Positions 1 to 11,412 of a stretch of 64,000 nt of DNA are shown here, one piece after another (within the stretch, counting starts at the first letter, position 1; every line of letters begins with the position of its first letter). The position numbers and the translations under genes are program-made. Under the pieces are notes generated by a model. It was given only the letters and a program-made list of their open reading frames with translations, was not told the origin of the DNA and did not search any database. This DNA is from Neoechinorhynchus agilis (taxonomy: Eukaryota > Animalia > Acanthocephala): NCBI GenBank assembly GCA_051530055.1, contig CM121343.1, forward strand, positions 1,334,389-1,398,388. Direction: 5' to 3'.

Positions 1-192
1 AAGCCAGCATTGCCTCCGTAAAACGAGCTTGCATAATCATTAGAATCTTGTTACAAGCTACATCTAATTTGCTCTCTAGCAGCTCCATGGTTACCACTTG
101 AGTAGAGGGCACGTTACCGGAAAATCCTGAGAAGTTAGAGTTGGCGTCTTGTCGAAAGGAGGATGTTGGAAGCAATGAATTGAGTTTAGGCG

Positions 193-1232
193 CTACTTGC
201 TTAGTTGTAGTAATGAGCTTTTTCCTTTTTTCCACCGCGTTAATACGAGAATTCTGAGCCCAGGCCCGGTAATTTTTGAATTCTGGGCATCTTTTGTAAA
301 AAGACGAATGCTGTCCTTGACAATTTGGGCAATGTTTATTTGAACTGGTACATTGATCCGAACCGTGAGAGGAATCCCGACAGTGACAACATCTTTGTGA
401 GAAGGATTGGGGCAGTGTTGGCACCAATGGCCCCAATGCTGACAGATATTGCATTGCGGAAAGATGAAATCATCTTGCTCATAGTTTGATTTCATTACGA
501 AGTTAATTTCGAAGCAGTTGAAGGAGCAAAATTGTTGAGAACATAAGTCATCACGCATATTCCTTTGTCCTTCCACCATGGCAATAGAAATAGGTTGGCC
601 CGTCCTTCTTGAGTTTAGAAAAACTTTATATTGCATCCAAAAGTTTGTTCGAACTCGTCCCGTTCTTCTTTGCTGAGAGAAGGTTCAACACCTTTATCCA
701 GAAATTGAACTTGTTGAGAACTGGGCGTAATATCGTAGGCTTCTTTAGGGGGGTTAGATTTCGAAAACTTGACAAGGTGATCCAACCAATTGTGTGAAGT
801 CAGGTAGATAGGTAGGGTGCCGGCGTAATATGTGATGTGATCGATCCTTTTAATACCATCGTTCTTGAAGGTACGAGTCCACGGACTTACTGCTTGGTCG
901 TACATGATTTGTTTGGGTAGGATAGGTTTGGTTTTAAAAATGGCTATGAAAGGCCATCTTTTTGTCGGTAAAGAAGAGTATTTTGGAATTTGTTGCTTTG
1001 TCGATGTCAACTGGGAATTGTTTACCAGGACTTGAGATTGATGCTCGAGATCAGAGAGCAACTGCTCTCGCTTCTCCAAGGACATTGGAATTCGCAAGTT
1101 GTTAGAGCTCAGCGAACCACCGACATCCAAACCTCCACGATCATCACGAGGATCGGAAGGTCTCGAAAGGAAATCACCAGAAACAACGCTTTTTTCGTTA
1201 CAACGAAAATTGCGCATGTCGGTTTTTGTCAT
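193..1232 (-). pseudogene. LINE ORF1 (gag-like) protein, frameshifted near 620-636
   Basis: ORFs 615-1232 and 193-636 overlap in different frames. There is a CX2CX4HX4C knuckle (CNICQHWGHWCQHC). The region before the knuckle resembles the ORF1-like proteins at 18825-19711 and 48489-49073. Confidence 0.7.
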
Positions 1233-1415
1233 CCGTAATAGATCTTAAATGCGTACATACGGTCGATTACATTATCGATCGGTTTAGTACCTGTTTGCAC
1301 AGTTAAATTGTCGTTAATTATTCGAACGTTGTTTTTTTGTTTAATAAAACTCTCCAAGTGCAGTACAATTTATTAAACAAAAAAACAAGCTGAACAACAA
1401 GAAGCAAAGACATTC

Positions 1416-2245
1416 ATGTCAAGTACGGTCGAGACAACCATGCTTAAAGTTACCGATAATCTATTGAAACCCGATAGATTACTCACAGTACCAATCGATA
1501 GCAACTCTCATGGAATATTCGGACACTGGTTTACGACTTTTGAGAATTATATCGAAGATCTTGAAATTGATGACAAAGGAAAATTGATTCGTTTGATAAA
1601 CTGCGTTGAATCGAGGGTGTATGCTCAAATCAAATCTTGCAAAGCATATGAGGAGGCAACAAGCTGTTTAAAAAAAGCATACTGCAGAATCACAAATGTC
1701 GTTGCAGCGAGGTATCGTCTAATAAATCGACGACATGCTGAATCAGAGTCCATAAGGGATTACGTGACCGAACTTAGATTATTAGGTAATAATTGGCAGT
1801 TTAACTGCGGATGATGCAAAGGAGGAAGCAATAAGGGAGTCATTAATTGCTGGGCTATGCTCCGACAGAATGAGACAAAAGCTGCTCGAAAAAGCGAATA
1901 TATCCTTAGAGGAAGCGATTCAGCAGGCATATATTATGGAATAAGCTGAAGCCGATTGCCGCTATTTCAATACCAATCAATACAATTACATCGGAAAAAA
2001 TGAAACCAACCATTGCAACTGTATTCAAAACGAAATTATGGCATCACTTAATAACCATCAAACCAGAGCTCCTGAATGTCTAGCAATCAATTACAACAAA
2101 CAAACGTGTTTTTTCTGTGGGAATAGACGCCATCCCAGATCAATATGCCCTGCAAAAGATTCCAAATGTAACAAATGCCAGAAGATTGGTCATTACTCAA
2201 GAGTATGTAGGTCCATGTCAAAGATAGCCGCAATCTCGTTACTAG
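1416..2245 (+). mobile_element. Ty3/Gypsy gag pseudogene
   Basis: N-terminus LKPDRL...HWFTTFENYI, then ARYRLINRR..ES, a frameshift near 1805, and tandem Zn knuckles CFFCGNRRHPRSIC and CNKCQKIGHYSRVC. No pol follows; the sequence fuses directly to an RTE RT. Confidence 0.85.
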
Positions 2246-2249
2246 CAAT

Positions 2250-2832
2250 TGAAGTGCCGAGAGAGACCTAATACGGACGTGCCTCAGAAAGAAGAACTGT
2301 CCCGAGGAATACATAAGGGCAATCCAGATCACGTACGAATGATCTTGCACTTGTGTCAGATGCAGTGTGGGAGAGAAACTATTTTGAGATTATAGTTGGA
2401 TTGCATCACGGATCAGCTCTCAGCCCGTTCCTATCCGTCACGATCATGGATGTGTTGGGTTCTAAGCAAATCGCCCGAAAGCCTCCATGGACACTATTGT
2501 TCGCTGATGACTTGATTGTGACAGCTGAAACACATGAAGCGGCTTAGCGAAGTCTGGAAGGGTGGCGTGAGGCATTGGAGGCCAGCGGTCTTAAGGTAAA
2601 CAGGTTGAAGACGATATGCATGGGACCAGAAACGCTAAAGTTAGAAGGTGTGGATTTGACGATGAGAAGAACAGTGAAATATCTAGGCAGCGAAGTAAAT
2701 ATGACAAATTCCCTCGGACCCGAAATAACTGTTCGTATACAAAGCGGGTGGCTCAAATGGAGGAAGATGTCTAGTGTACTATGCGACAAAAGGATCTCAC
2801 CGAAACTGAAAGGGCGGATGTTCGAGACCGTG
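2250..2832 (+). mobile_element. RTE-clade LINE reverse transcriptase, left part
   Basis: VGLHHGSALSPFL, PPWTLLFADDL, GLKVNRLKT, YLGS, RIQSGWLKWRKMSSVLCDKRISPKLKGRMFETV. LINE homology stops abruptly after FETV at about 2832. Confidence 0.9.
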
Positions 2833-5800
2833 TTTGAACGCTTTCATTGACTGAGTAACTATAATTTCCAACAACTTCAACCTTGAACGTGAACTAACTT
2901 CTCGAAGCCAGGTTGGCGTCGAGTCAACTGATGCTTCTGACACTGTTTCAGCGGTGACAGCTACAACGAATGTGGGACAATGTGGTAAGTACGCTATTGA
3001 TTGTGCTATGTACGCTATTGATGGTGCTGGCGTAAATGGGCATAAAATAGTGTGTTGTACACACATAGAGTTTTGTTGCAAAAAAGAGGTCCGCTGTTTG
3101 GTTCATCCACCATGTCAACAGACAGCAGGTCCAGGGCGCTACGTCCAGAGTAGACCCACCCTCCGAGGCGCAAATTCCGAGGGCACATGAGGAAGCTAGT
3201 GAAAATGCAACAAGTGTGGAACAGCAGGTTCAGGGCGCTACGTCCAGAGTAGACCCGCCCCCCGAGGTGCGAATTCAGGGGCACACGAGGGAACTAGTGA
3301 AGGAAGTGAGGTGGAGTCGATTGAGTTGGAGACTCGAGGGCGACATCTGCATTTGGTGAGAACTGTGGGCATGGCAGTCAGAGACGGAGTCAGGGTACCG
3401 ACTTTACAACTCAAGGAGGGCGAGATGGTACGTGCCCCAGATGGAATGTACTATGTGTACGATGAGGAAACTGAGGAGCTGCACCCCATGCGTCCGGCGG
3501 AGATGGCACTAGTGTCAGGGTTGCCACATTTTCGGGACACCACACATGGGAACGAACAGCTGGGAACTTCGATCAGGTTCGGGCCTCCAGCAACAGAGAC
3601 TGAATCATGTGGTGGGCTGGTTTTCATGTCCTCACGCTCGTGGATTGCTGCCCCGGTGAGCACGCACTGAGGAAAGAGATCCCTGTCTGTTAGCTTCAAG
3701 TTCACATGCCCAAAAACGTTTGAAGGTGTGCCCTCAAAAGAGTTTCTGACGACTTTTGACACGAAGGGATTGCTCGCAACTGAGCAGTTTCTGGCGCGCA
3801 TGAATATCGACCGCGGTACCCTTAACCTGCGACAGTTGTTCCAAGGGGAGCTTAAGGGAGTGACGAGATCACTGCGGTCCGTCGGAGGGTGTTGACCCGC
3901 CACCATTTCCAAGTGAGGGTTTGGGACACCTGGGAGAACGTGCAAACGGTGCTGCTGGTTGTGGAACCGCAGTACGCAGGCTCATTCGTCCTCACGGCGG
4001 ATGAGAGCACGGTCAAGACGAGACGAAATATCGCCTGTGCATTTGATGACGCGACCAATAATATGACAGAGGTAGCATCGGTCACGTGTCACGGGAGGCG
4101 GCTATTGGAAGAAGGAGCAGAACCGACCAGGTTCATTTTCAGATTGGCGGCCCTCTTCGCCGAAACGGTAATGCAGTCTGTGGACCGGAGGTACGCTGTC
4201 CGGTGGTTCATTGGTGGGAATCCACAACGTCAGTCCTTGGCATGATGACTAAACTTTCGTAATCGTATGAGTCACGATATTGATGATGGAATCTACATTA
4301 ACTACGTTCCTTGGTGGCCAATTGGAGAAAGCCTGGCACCGCATGAGCGGTTCCTGCTTTACATCATTAAGTTGGCATATGGAGACCTGCCAACCATGCA
4401 TTGCAATGGTGGAGTTGACCGATCTCCCATCCCATGGCCGGATATTCCCAACATTAGGTATGTGAATGGTCGCAAGAGTGCAGACGTGGCTGAAGTAGAT
4501 CGAATTGGCGATTTGACCACATCAGCCAACATGATCTATGAAACGGCAATGATCTGGTGCCACCGCCTTGCCAGGCAAGACATCTTTTTGCAAGCGGTGC
4601 AAGTGTACACCCAGCTTTACTGGAAGGTAACAGGAAGACCTAGGCACCTGGTGCTGGGGACAACCAACCTCACGATTGCTCTACCGAAAGCTGCAATGCG
4701 TGGGTACCTAATGTGTCCATTGTTGCAGTATCGGGATACGGCTGAGCAACTGGTGTCGGTAGTTGGACCATGTGCAGCGCATGACTTAGTGATTGAGGCG
4801 ACAATGTCCGCACTTCTAATCGGATTCTCGAGTGACATGATTAAATGGTCGCTGGTGGATTACGGTTTACTATACACTCGCCCCCGAGTGGATCAGGCCT
4901 CAGTCATGGCCTCCATGCTGACTGGAACAGGTGGAGGTGGTGGAGGAGGGGGAATCTGGGCTCTAGTGAATAAAAACCTAAATGATCTGGGATATAAGGG
5001 GGCCGTCGGCAAACACCTTCCCACGGTCTTCTCAATCAACTTACCTAGGACATTCCTTCATCAGGCCAAGATAGCGCGTGATTTTAGGATATTGTCCTAC
5101 GACTTACTCGGTTGGTTCCCGGCGTTACCAGAGGGATGTGCGGCACGAGAGTTATGCAAAGACGGAAATATGGTAATGTATTGGGAACTGCCAGATAACA
5201 AACGGTTGAATGCGATAGCTAGCATACATCATGTGGTCGGGGTGGAGTACGCCCTGCTTGTTCAGGAGCGAATGCTGCCAACTGCGACCAGATATACCAC
5301 TGCACCCATATGCGGGACCAGTTGACTACCCACACCAAGTGGTGACCTTGATTACAGGGGATCGCTTTAAGTATGGATTTAGGCCCAATGGTGACTCCCT
5401 CCCAGCGCTGTATCATGTTGACCACGACAGGTTCCATCTGGAATGGTCCCTCACGCACTATTGCCCGAATCTGCATTCTATAGCGCCCATGATGTACATG
5501 AGGATGACTGGGCTCCCGGATGACTATATGGAACAATTCGAACGACAGCAGCTTGACGTGGATCCTCCCCGGCTGAATGCTACGTAGAACGTGGACCTGG
5601 CGATCCGAGCAGTGGAGTTGCAACTGCGGGCTTGCGGAGGACCGCGCTCCCCAGCGAGAACCGAAGAGGTGTGCCAAAGGAGCGCGGCTCACGTAGAGGT
5701 AAGGTGCCAGTGCCGTGTGGTGTAAAGGATCGGGAAGGTCGGAGCGTGAGGTCCGAGGCGGAAACAAAGTTCCTTCAGGCCCGTCAGGAAGAAAGGCGTC

Positions 5801-6080
5801 TGGAGATTGAGAGCATGACCGAGCGGATGGGACGCAGACTAGATCAGTCCTTATGGCAGGGCTCTGAACTTAATGCAGACACCACGAGTTGTTTACTCCC
5901 GTCTGCCATGCTTGAAGTTGAGCAAGACGAACCGCAGTCACGAGCTGCGACAACGGGATTGCAGAGGTTGGCAGCAATGTTCACGGGGCTGACATTGACC
6001 GCGCCGCCCGCTCAAGCGACGGCTGGGCAGCCCACGCAGTCGCCGCAATCCTCGGTTACGTCACCTCCCCCCCTCCCCCC
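2833..6080 (+). pseudogene. Endogenous viral element: degraded totivirus-like (Ghabrivirales-type) capsid ORF, no RdRp
   Basis: Visibly GC-richer than the flanks. One long plus-strand reading path links ORFs 2954, 3311, 3889, 4267, 5231 and 5632 through stops and frameshifts. The segment SANMIYETAMIWCHRLARQDIFLQAVQVYTQLYWK...IALPKAAMRGYLMCPLL resembles the yeast L-A Gag segment SSKVMLSALRKYVNHNRLYNQFYTAAQLLAQIMMK...VNIPKFGSIRGRYPFLL (recalled from memory, not aligned by software). Pro/Ala/Thr-rich C-terminal tail. Confidence 0.65.
3122..3301 (+). repeat. Two-copy 99-bp (33-codon) tandem repeat inside the viral-like ORF
   Basis: acagcaggt(c/t)cagggcgctacgtccagagtagaccc... starts at 3122 and again at 3221. 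It encodes QQVQGATSRVDPP twice. Confidence 0.95.
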
Positions 6081-6415
6081 AAGCAAAACGACCTCAGAAT
6101 ATTAGAAACGAACGAGATGAGGATGCTGCAATGGGCAGCAGGGTACACTCTCAAGTATAAGAAAAGAAATGTGGACATCAGGGAGCTGTTCGGCACTTGC
6201 CACTGTTCAGAGTTGATCGTCCAAAGAAGGTTGCGCTGGCACGATAAAGTTCCGATGTGCGAAGCAGATCACATAATGCGCAGAACGGGAAATCGCCGAC
6301 TAGGAAGGCCGAGGAAAGGATGGGTGGATTGCATCAAACAGGATAAATTGGTTGTCTAGGGAACCACAACTTCTCGAGAGAGAAAAAAATGCGTGAGTGA
6401 GAAGAAGATGCTACA
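6081..6415 (+). mobile_element. RTE-clade LINE, right part and 3' end
   Basis: The frame KQNDLRILETNEMRMLQW...RRLRWHDKV...GRPRKGWVDCIKQD continues the RTE consensus after the 2250-2832 piece. A short gagaagaaga tail lies near 6405. Confidence 0.85.
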
Positions 6416-6870
6416 GACTGAAACGAATCGAATTTAGAAAAAAGCTAAAAAAACAAGGAGATACCTGCAATCAAATGAGATCGAGAACTTACATCAAAGT
6501 CGGAAATGTCGCAGGAACGGAGAAATCTGATCAACGTCCACCCTTTCCAATAGCGGCAGAACCTGAGAATCTAATGGAAACCAAGAGCATTCAACTTGCC
6601 AAGGAGATAAAAAACAAAAGGGCAAGATCGTTGCTGTGTCGTTTGGAAAAAAGTGTAATTCCTAGGTTTATGCTACGCTTACATGGGATCCTTCGATTTA
6701 CATGGAACCCCGTTTTATAATGTAAACTGATTGCTATTAAATAAAAACTCTCTCTGAGTATACAAATTCTGACGTTTTACAATTTTATTAAAACGCAAAC
6801 ACAATAAAGTTCAAGTAAAATAAGACATTCTTACAAAACAAAAACTTTTCTTGGTTTTACAATTGTTTCA
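6415..6870 (+). repeat. Direct duplication of 23035-23495 (retroelement fragment plus start of repeat M1)
   Basis: The sequence agactgaaacgaatcgaatttagaaaaaagc...gggcaagatcg...ggttttacaattg is shared with few differences. Confidence 0.9.
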
Positions 6871-7689
6871 TTCTCGCTGAAAAATCAGTCAGCAATTTTA
6901 GTTCTGAATAAAGTCAGATTGTTTCCGCATTTGAAAATATTACCGCAATTCCAAGGAAAAATTGGTTTCCTTTCTACTTGAACCTGAATATCTCCTCATC
7001 CTGAAAAGTCGAAATGCTCGAATTCATTTTCAATCACTCGAAAGAGCACATCGACGCCGTTCTAGAAAAATTGTAAAGCGAAAAGCGCACTCGATTCGAC
7101 GTTGAGAAAAGAAGCCGTGTAAACACGGAAGAAACACGGTTTTCTTTTAAAGCGTCGATCGAATCGTTTTGCTTTCGTCAGTGAATTACCAACGTTTCAC
7201 ATAATAAATCGTATTTCAGACTGAAAGCGTTGCTTACAATGTATAAGATTTTGTATACGATTGACCCGAAAGCAGAAAGTACTTAAAAATAAAAGTTTGG
7301 AAAAAGCCGAATTGTTGGACTGAAATAAGCTGCTAAATTTTATTTCACTAATGATGTTATGAAGTACTAAAGAACCGCAGTCGCAAAATAAAAATTAAAC
7401 GTTTTTGGTTTTTTGCTTACACTTCGCACTGAGATACTCATAGAAATTGGCTTTATTTGAGTAACTTTAGTTTGTTCTATACTCGGCGATGGACGAACTT
7501 TTAAAGATCTTACAGTCGCACATAAATCGATTTATATCGATGTGTATCCTATTATCACACGGCTGTAAATTTTTGGGCACACAGCCCCAGCCGTGTGATA
7601 ATATGCCACACATCGATATAAGTTACCGGCCGGCCAATCTTCATAAAAAAATAAATCGATTTCGAAACTTTTGTCAATTGAGATTTGCT
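6620..7689 (+). repeat. Dispersed ~1.1-1.2-kb non-coding repeat (here called M1), copy 1
   Basis: Starts gggcaagatcgttgctgtgtcgtttggaaaaaag. Other copies: 10195-11412 (-), 23249-23500 plus 24720-25155 (+, split), 34991-36207 (+), 50237-51060 (+). Confidence 0.92.
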
Positions 7690-8734
7690 CTTTATAAATG
7701 TAACAATCAAAAATAAATAATTTGTAGAATTAAAAGAAATATCGGCGTGCAAAAGCATTTTGTATTGTTGTTTTCGGGTCAAATCGTAATTCTTACGATA
7801 ATTTCAACGAATAATGCCGCCAAAGAATACACACTCAATATCCTGAAGACCGCATGAGAGTCTTCAGGTTTTATCACTTGATTTTATCCTCAAAATCGAA
7901 GCCAGTTCACATCTCGATAAATAATGATCGTATTCTCTTATTTGAATTGAGTAAGTATAATCAATAAATCAAGACAATATTATGTTTGTATAACACTTTA
8001 GATCATTCACACCACCGCTCTGGATCACTCAGCTGCCGCCTATATATTTACTTATCTTAAAGCGATAAAAATAACCGGAAATCACTCCTAAAGTAGAATC
8101 ACATTTGTTGAAAATGTGTACCGGGCGCATTTAACAAAATGTAATTATGAAAGTCCCCATAAAATGTAATCAATGTAGCGACCTATTTCACAAATACATT
8201 TCGTCTCTTTGCAAGTTAAAGGGCTGCCAGAAGAGAATCCATCGACATCTTAAAAATCTCTTTAAGTTTTTGCCTTCATTTCTGACATTTCCAGCATTTA
8301 ATTCTGGTGTTCCGGTTGGAAAATAATAAATGTTTATTGGTTTTTCGCGATGGTGCACCAATTACTTTCCCGCAAATAATTATATTTTAACAGTGAAAAA
8401 TCCGTTCAAATAGCAGCACTACATGAATAATCGATAACCACGTTCTTGGAAGAAGATCGTGAACCTCGTCAGTTCTAGCCTTACCAAAACGGTCGTATTT
8501 TCGAGAGAATTTACGAGATCTCCAATAACTAACAAAAGTGATAACTAATCGACAAGAAAAATATTTAATCCTTATACACGAGGTTCTGTTCCTGATGAAG
8601 AACACCCTCTTTATTCCAAAACTGCTATATAAGCTGCGCACAGCACCTTTTTTTAGACATAAGTATAAGCTGGCAAGGTGAAAGCCTCTCTCGAGAAAAT
8701 TTTAAATATTTAGCTGTCGGACGAGGCCTGACGT

Positions 8735-9090
8735 CAAGCGTCCTTGCTTGTGTCGTCCGGCTTTTTGGGTATCCGAAAAGCAACCAATATTTCTCTGCTG
8801 GCTTATTTGAGATCGTATGAATCAAGCCGCAAAATACTTCAATCCTTTCTTGGCGAGAATTACACTTTGGATGAAGATTTCGTGAAAGCTCTTAATCTTT
8901 GTGTGGAGATTCAGGCAGCAAGCAGGTACGTTTTAAGAAATTGAGACGAATCACTGGTGATCAGAGGGCAGGAGCATTCCTCCTACAAAACACTAGTCTG
9001 GTTGTGCAACGAGGAAACGCTGCATCCGTCTTTTCGACCGTTACACCAGGACAGCAGCTTTGTGATCCAGAGCGGTGGTGTGAATGATTT
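8735..9090 (+). mobile_element. CRE-like non-LTR retrotransposon remnant (RT thumb fused to REL-endonuclease C-terminus)
   Basis: SLLVSSGFLGIRKA resembles the LPVxxGGLGIR thumb. AFLLQNTSLVVQRGNAASVFST matches the CRE-type terminal Q(R)IS.A.QRGNAA motif. Confidence 0.65.
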
Positions 9091-9124
9091 CATGACAAAG
9101 AAAAAATGTTCTTTAGAAAAAAAA

Positions 9125-10060
9125 GAATAATTCAAAGAGCTATCATGAACTTCACTAATTCAAGACATAAGTGTTGCCTGCAGGTTCAGATCTCAAATTC
9201 CTATCTGCCTAGAAATCCCCGAAGAAACTGAGGATGGTTCTATTTAGAGCTCCCTGCTGTAGTTAAGTAGCCGTGAACGGTGGCGCTCAGTGAAGTATTA
9301 ACATTGATGCGATTGTTCGTGTGAGTTAGTTGTGATTAATGGTGGGGTTTGTTATTCGAAGAATAAAAGTGTTAACATTCAACCATCAGAAGGTACAACT
9401 TACGGCGACGAAATCCACGAAGGTGTCTCTTCAATGATGTTACAATTTCTCATGGAGAAACATCAAGAATTAATGGAGATGATGATAAAGCGGAAAGGGA
9501 CAAGTAAAATTAATGGAAGAGAATCAGAAAAACAAGGGTAGCGATATTCAGGTTTCTCGCTTCTTCGATCCGAAAAATGAGACGTGAAATGATCACGATG
9601 CGCAATTAGTCAACCATCTCGACTACTGAGGCGTAAGGTCACAGGATAGGAAAAAAGCAAAGATTTATGCTACAATCAGGAAAAAGTTGGAGAAATAGGA
9701 AACCTGAAAATCGAAGGAAACATGTTTTTCCCCGATTTGGCGAAATTTATTAAATTATTTAAAGTAAAAGGGTCAATTCTAGTCGATTAGATTAATTTAC
9801 AACATCCTGAAGAAGACTCACAAGCGAGTCGAAATATTGATCCTTTTACTTTAAATAATTTAATAAATTTCGCCAAATCGAGGAAAAAATAGGAAACCGA
9901 ACGATTGTTCTTTTGATGAATTGCAAAACACGAAAGCAAAGCTTTACACAGAGGAACCGCACCAGGTTCCTGGCCGATATCGATTCAGTAACGCAAGAAT
10001 GAAACAAGGACATAAATTTGACGAATGGGTTACAGATTTGTGCAAAGCATGGAAGGAGGT
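9125..10060 (+). repeat. Segment with an inverted copy at 51058-51961
   Basis: Identical 69-aa ORFs at 9332-9541 (+) and 51546-51755 (-). The second copy has a ~34-nt deletion. Confidence 0.92.
9807..9838 (+). ncRNA. Hammerhead-ribozyme-like motif (PLE pLTR type) in the loop of a ~53-bp inverted repeat
   Basis: CTGAAGA-A-GACTC-acaagc-GAGTC-GAAA-TATT. Flanking arms are 9725-9777 and 9836-9888. A second copy lies on the minus strand near 51275-51312. Confidence 0.65.
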
Positions 10061-10194
10061 TCATTTTGCTCAAGCCCGAAGAACAGGATAAGTCTACTTT
10101 AGGCGTAATTGAGTAAGTATAATCAATAAACCAAGACAACATTATGTTTGTATAACACGTTAGATCATTCACACCGCCGCTCTGGATCACTCAC

Positions 10195-11412
10195 AAGCAA
10201 ATCAAAATTGACAAAACTTTCGAAATCGATTTATTTTTTATGAAGATTGGCCGGCCGGTAACTTATATCGATGTGTGGCATATTATCACACGGCTGGGGC
10301 TGTGTGCCCAAAAATTTACAGCCGTGTGATAATAGGATACACATCGATATAAATCGATTTATGTGCGACTGTAAGATCTTTAAAAGTTCGTCCATCGCCG
10401 AGTATAGAACAAACTAAAGTTACTCAAATAAAGCCAATTTCTATGAGTATCTCAGTGCGAAGTGTAAGCAAAAAAATCAAAAACGTTTAATTTTTATTTT
10501 GCGACTGCGGTTCTTTAGTACTTCATAAAATCATTAGTGAAATAAAATTTAGCGGCTTATTTCAGTCCAACAATTCGGCTTTTTCCAAACTTTTATTTTT
10601 AGGTACTTTCTGCTTTCCGGTCAATCGTATACAAAATCTTATACATTGTAAGCAACGCTTTCAGTCTGAAATACGTTTTATAAATTTAAAAGAAAACATT
10701 TTTAATCATAACATAATAAAGTACAAAACGTGTAATCACCCCCGTCTGTAAAATTGGAGCTTCTCTCCTTTCTCGGCTGTCGCTGTCACGCCAACAACAT
10801 TGCCTCGTAGTACTGCGAGCGAAATATTACGCGAAACGTTGGTAATTCACTGACGAAAGCAAAACGATTCGATCGACGCTTCAAAAGAAAACCGTGTTTC
10901 TTTCGTGTTTACACGGCTTCTTTTCTCAACGTCGAATCGAGTGCGATTTTCGCTTTACCACTTTTCTGGAACGGCGTCGATGTGCTCTTTCGGGTGATTG
11001 AAATGAATTCGAGCATTTCGACTTTTCAAGGTGAGGAGATATTCAGGTTCAAGTAAAAAGGAAATCAATTTTTCCTTGGAACTGCGGTAATATTTTGAAA
11101 TGCGGAAATAATCTGACTTTATTCAGAATTAAAATTGCTGACTGATTTTTTAGCGAAAATGAAACAATTGTAAAATCTAGAAAAGTTTTTGTTTTGTGAG
11201 AATGTTTTATTTTGCTTGAACGTTATTGTGTTTGTGTTTTAGAGAAATTGTAAAACGTCAGAATTTGTATACTCAGAGAGAGTTTTCATTTAATAGCAAT
11301 CAGTTTACATTTTAAAACGGAGTTCCATGTAAATCGAAGGATCCCATGTAAGCGTAGCATAAACCTAGGAATTGCGCTTTTTTCCAAACGACACAGCAAC
11401 GATCTTGCCCTT
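10195..11412 (-). repeat. Repeat M1, inverted copy
   Basis: Reverse complement of 6620-7689, with an extra ~130-bp internal segment that is also present at 24960-25150 and 35570-35730. Confidence 0.92.

Noticed and set aside
1238-1415. 5' LTR of the Gypsy gag at 1416
   Set aside because: AATAAA and a ...gtaca end are present, but there is no PBS and no second LTR.
3451-5767. Minus-strand ORFs 3451-3945, 3852-4085, 4617-4838 and 5219-5767 as genes
   Set aside because: They are antisense shadows of the GC-rich plus-strand ORF with no motifs. The same applies to most short ORFs in the track that overlap TE fragments.
2833-6105. Viral RdRp, 2A-like peptide or -1 frameshift signal in the EVE
   Set aside because: No GDD/SG motifs, no NPGP and no clear slippery heptamer were found. 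The insert ends in a Pro-rich tract and LINE sequence resumes.
6995-7025. Minimal hammerhead inside M1 (cctgaaaagtcgaaatgctc; ttgaagagtcgaaa at ~24810)
   Set aside because: No copy has a full CUGAnGA core, and helices I and III pair poorly.
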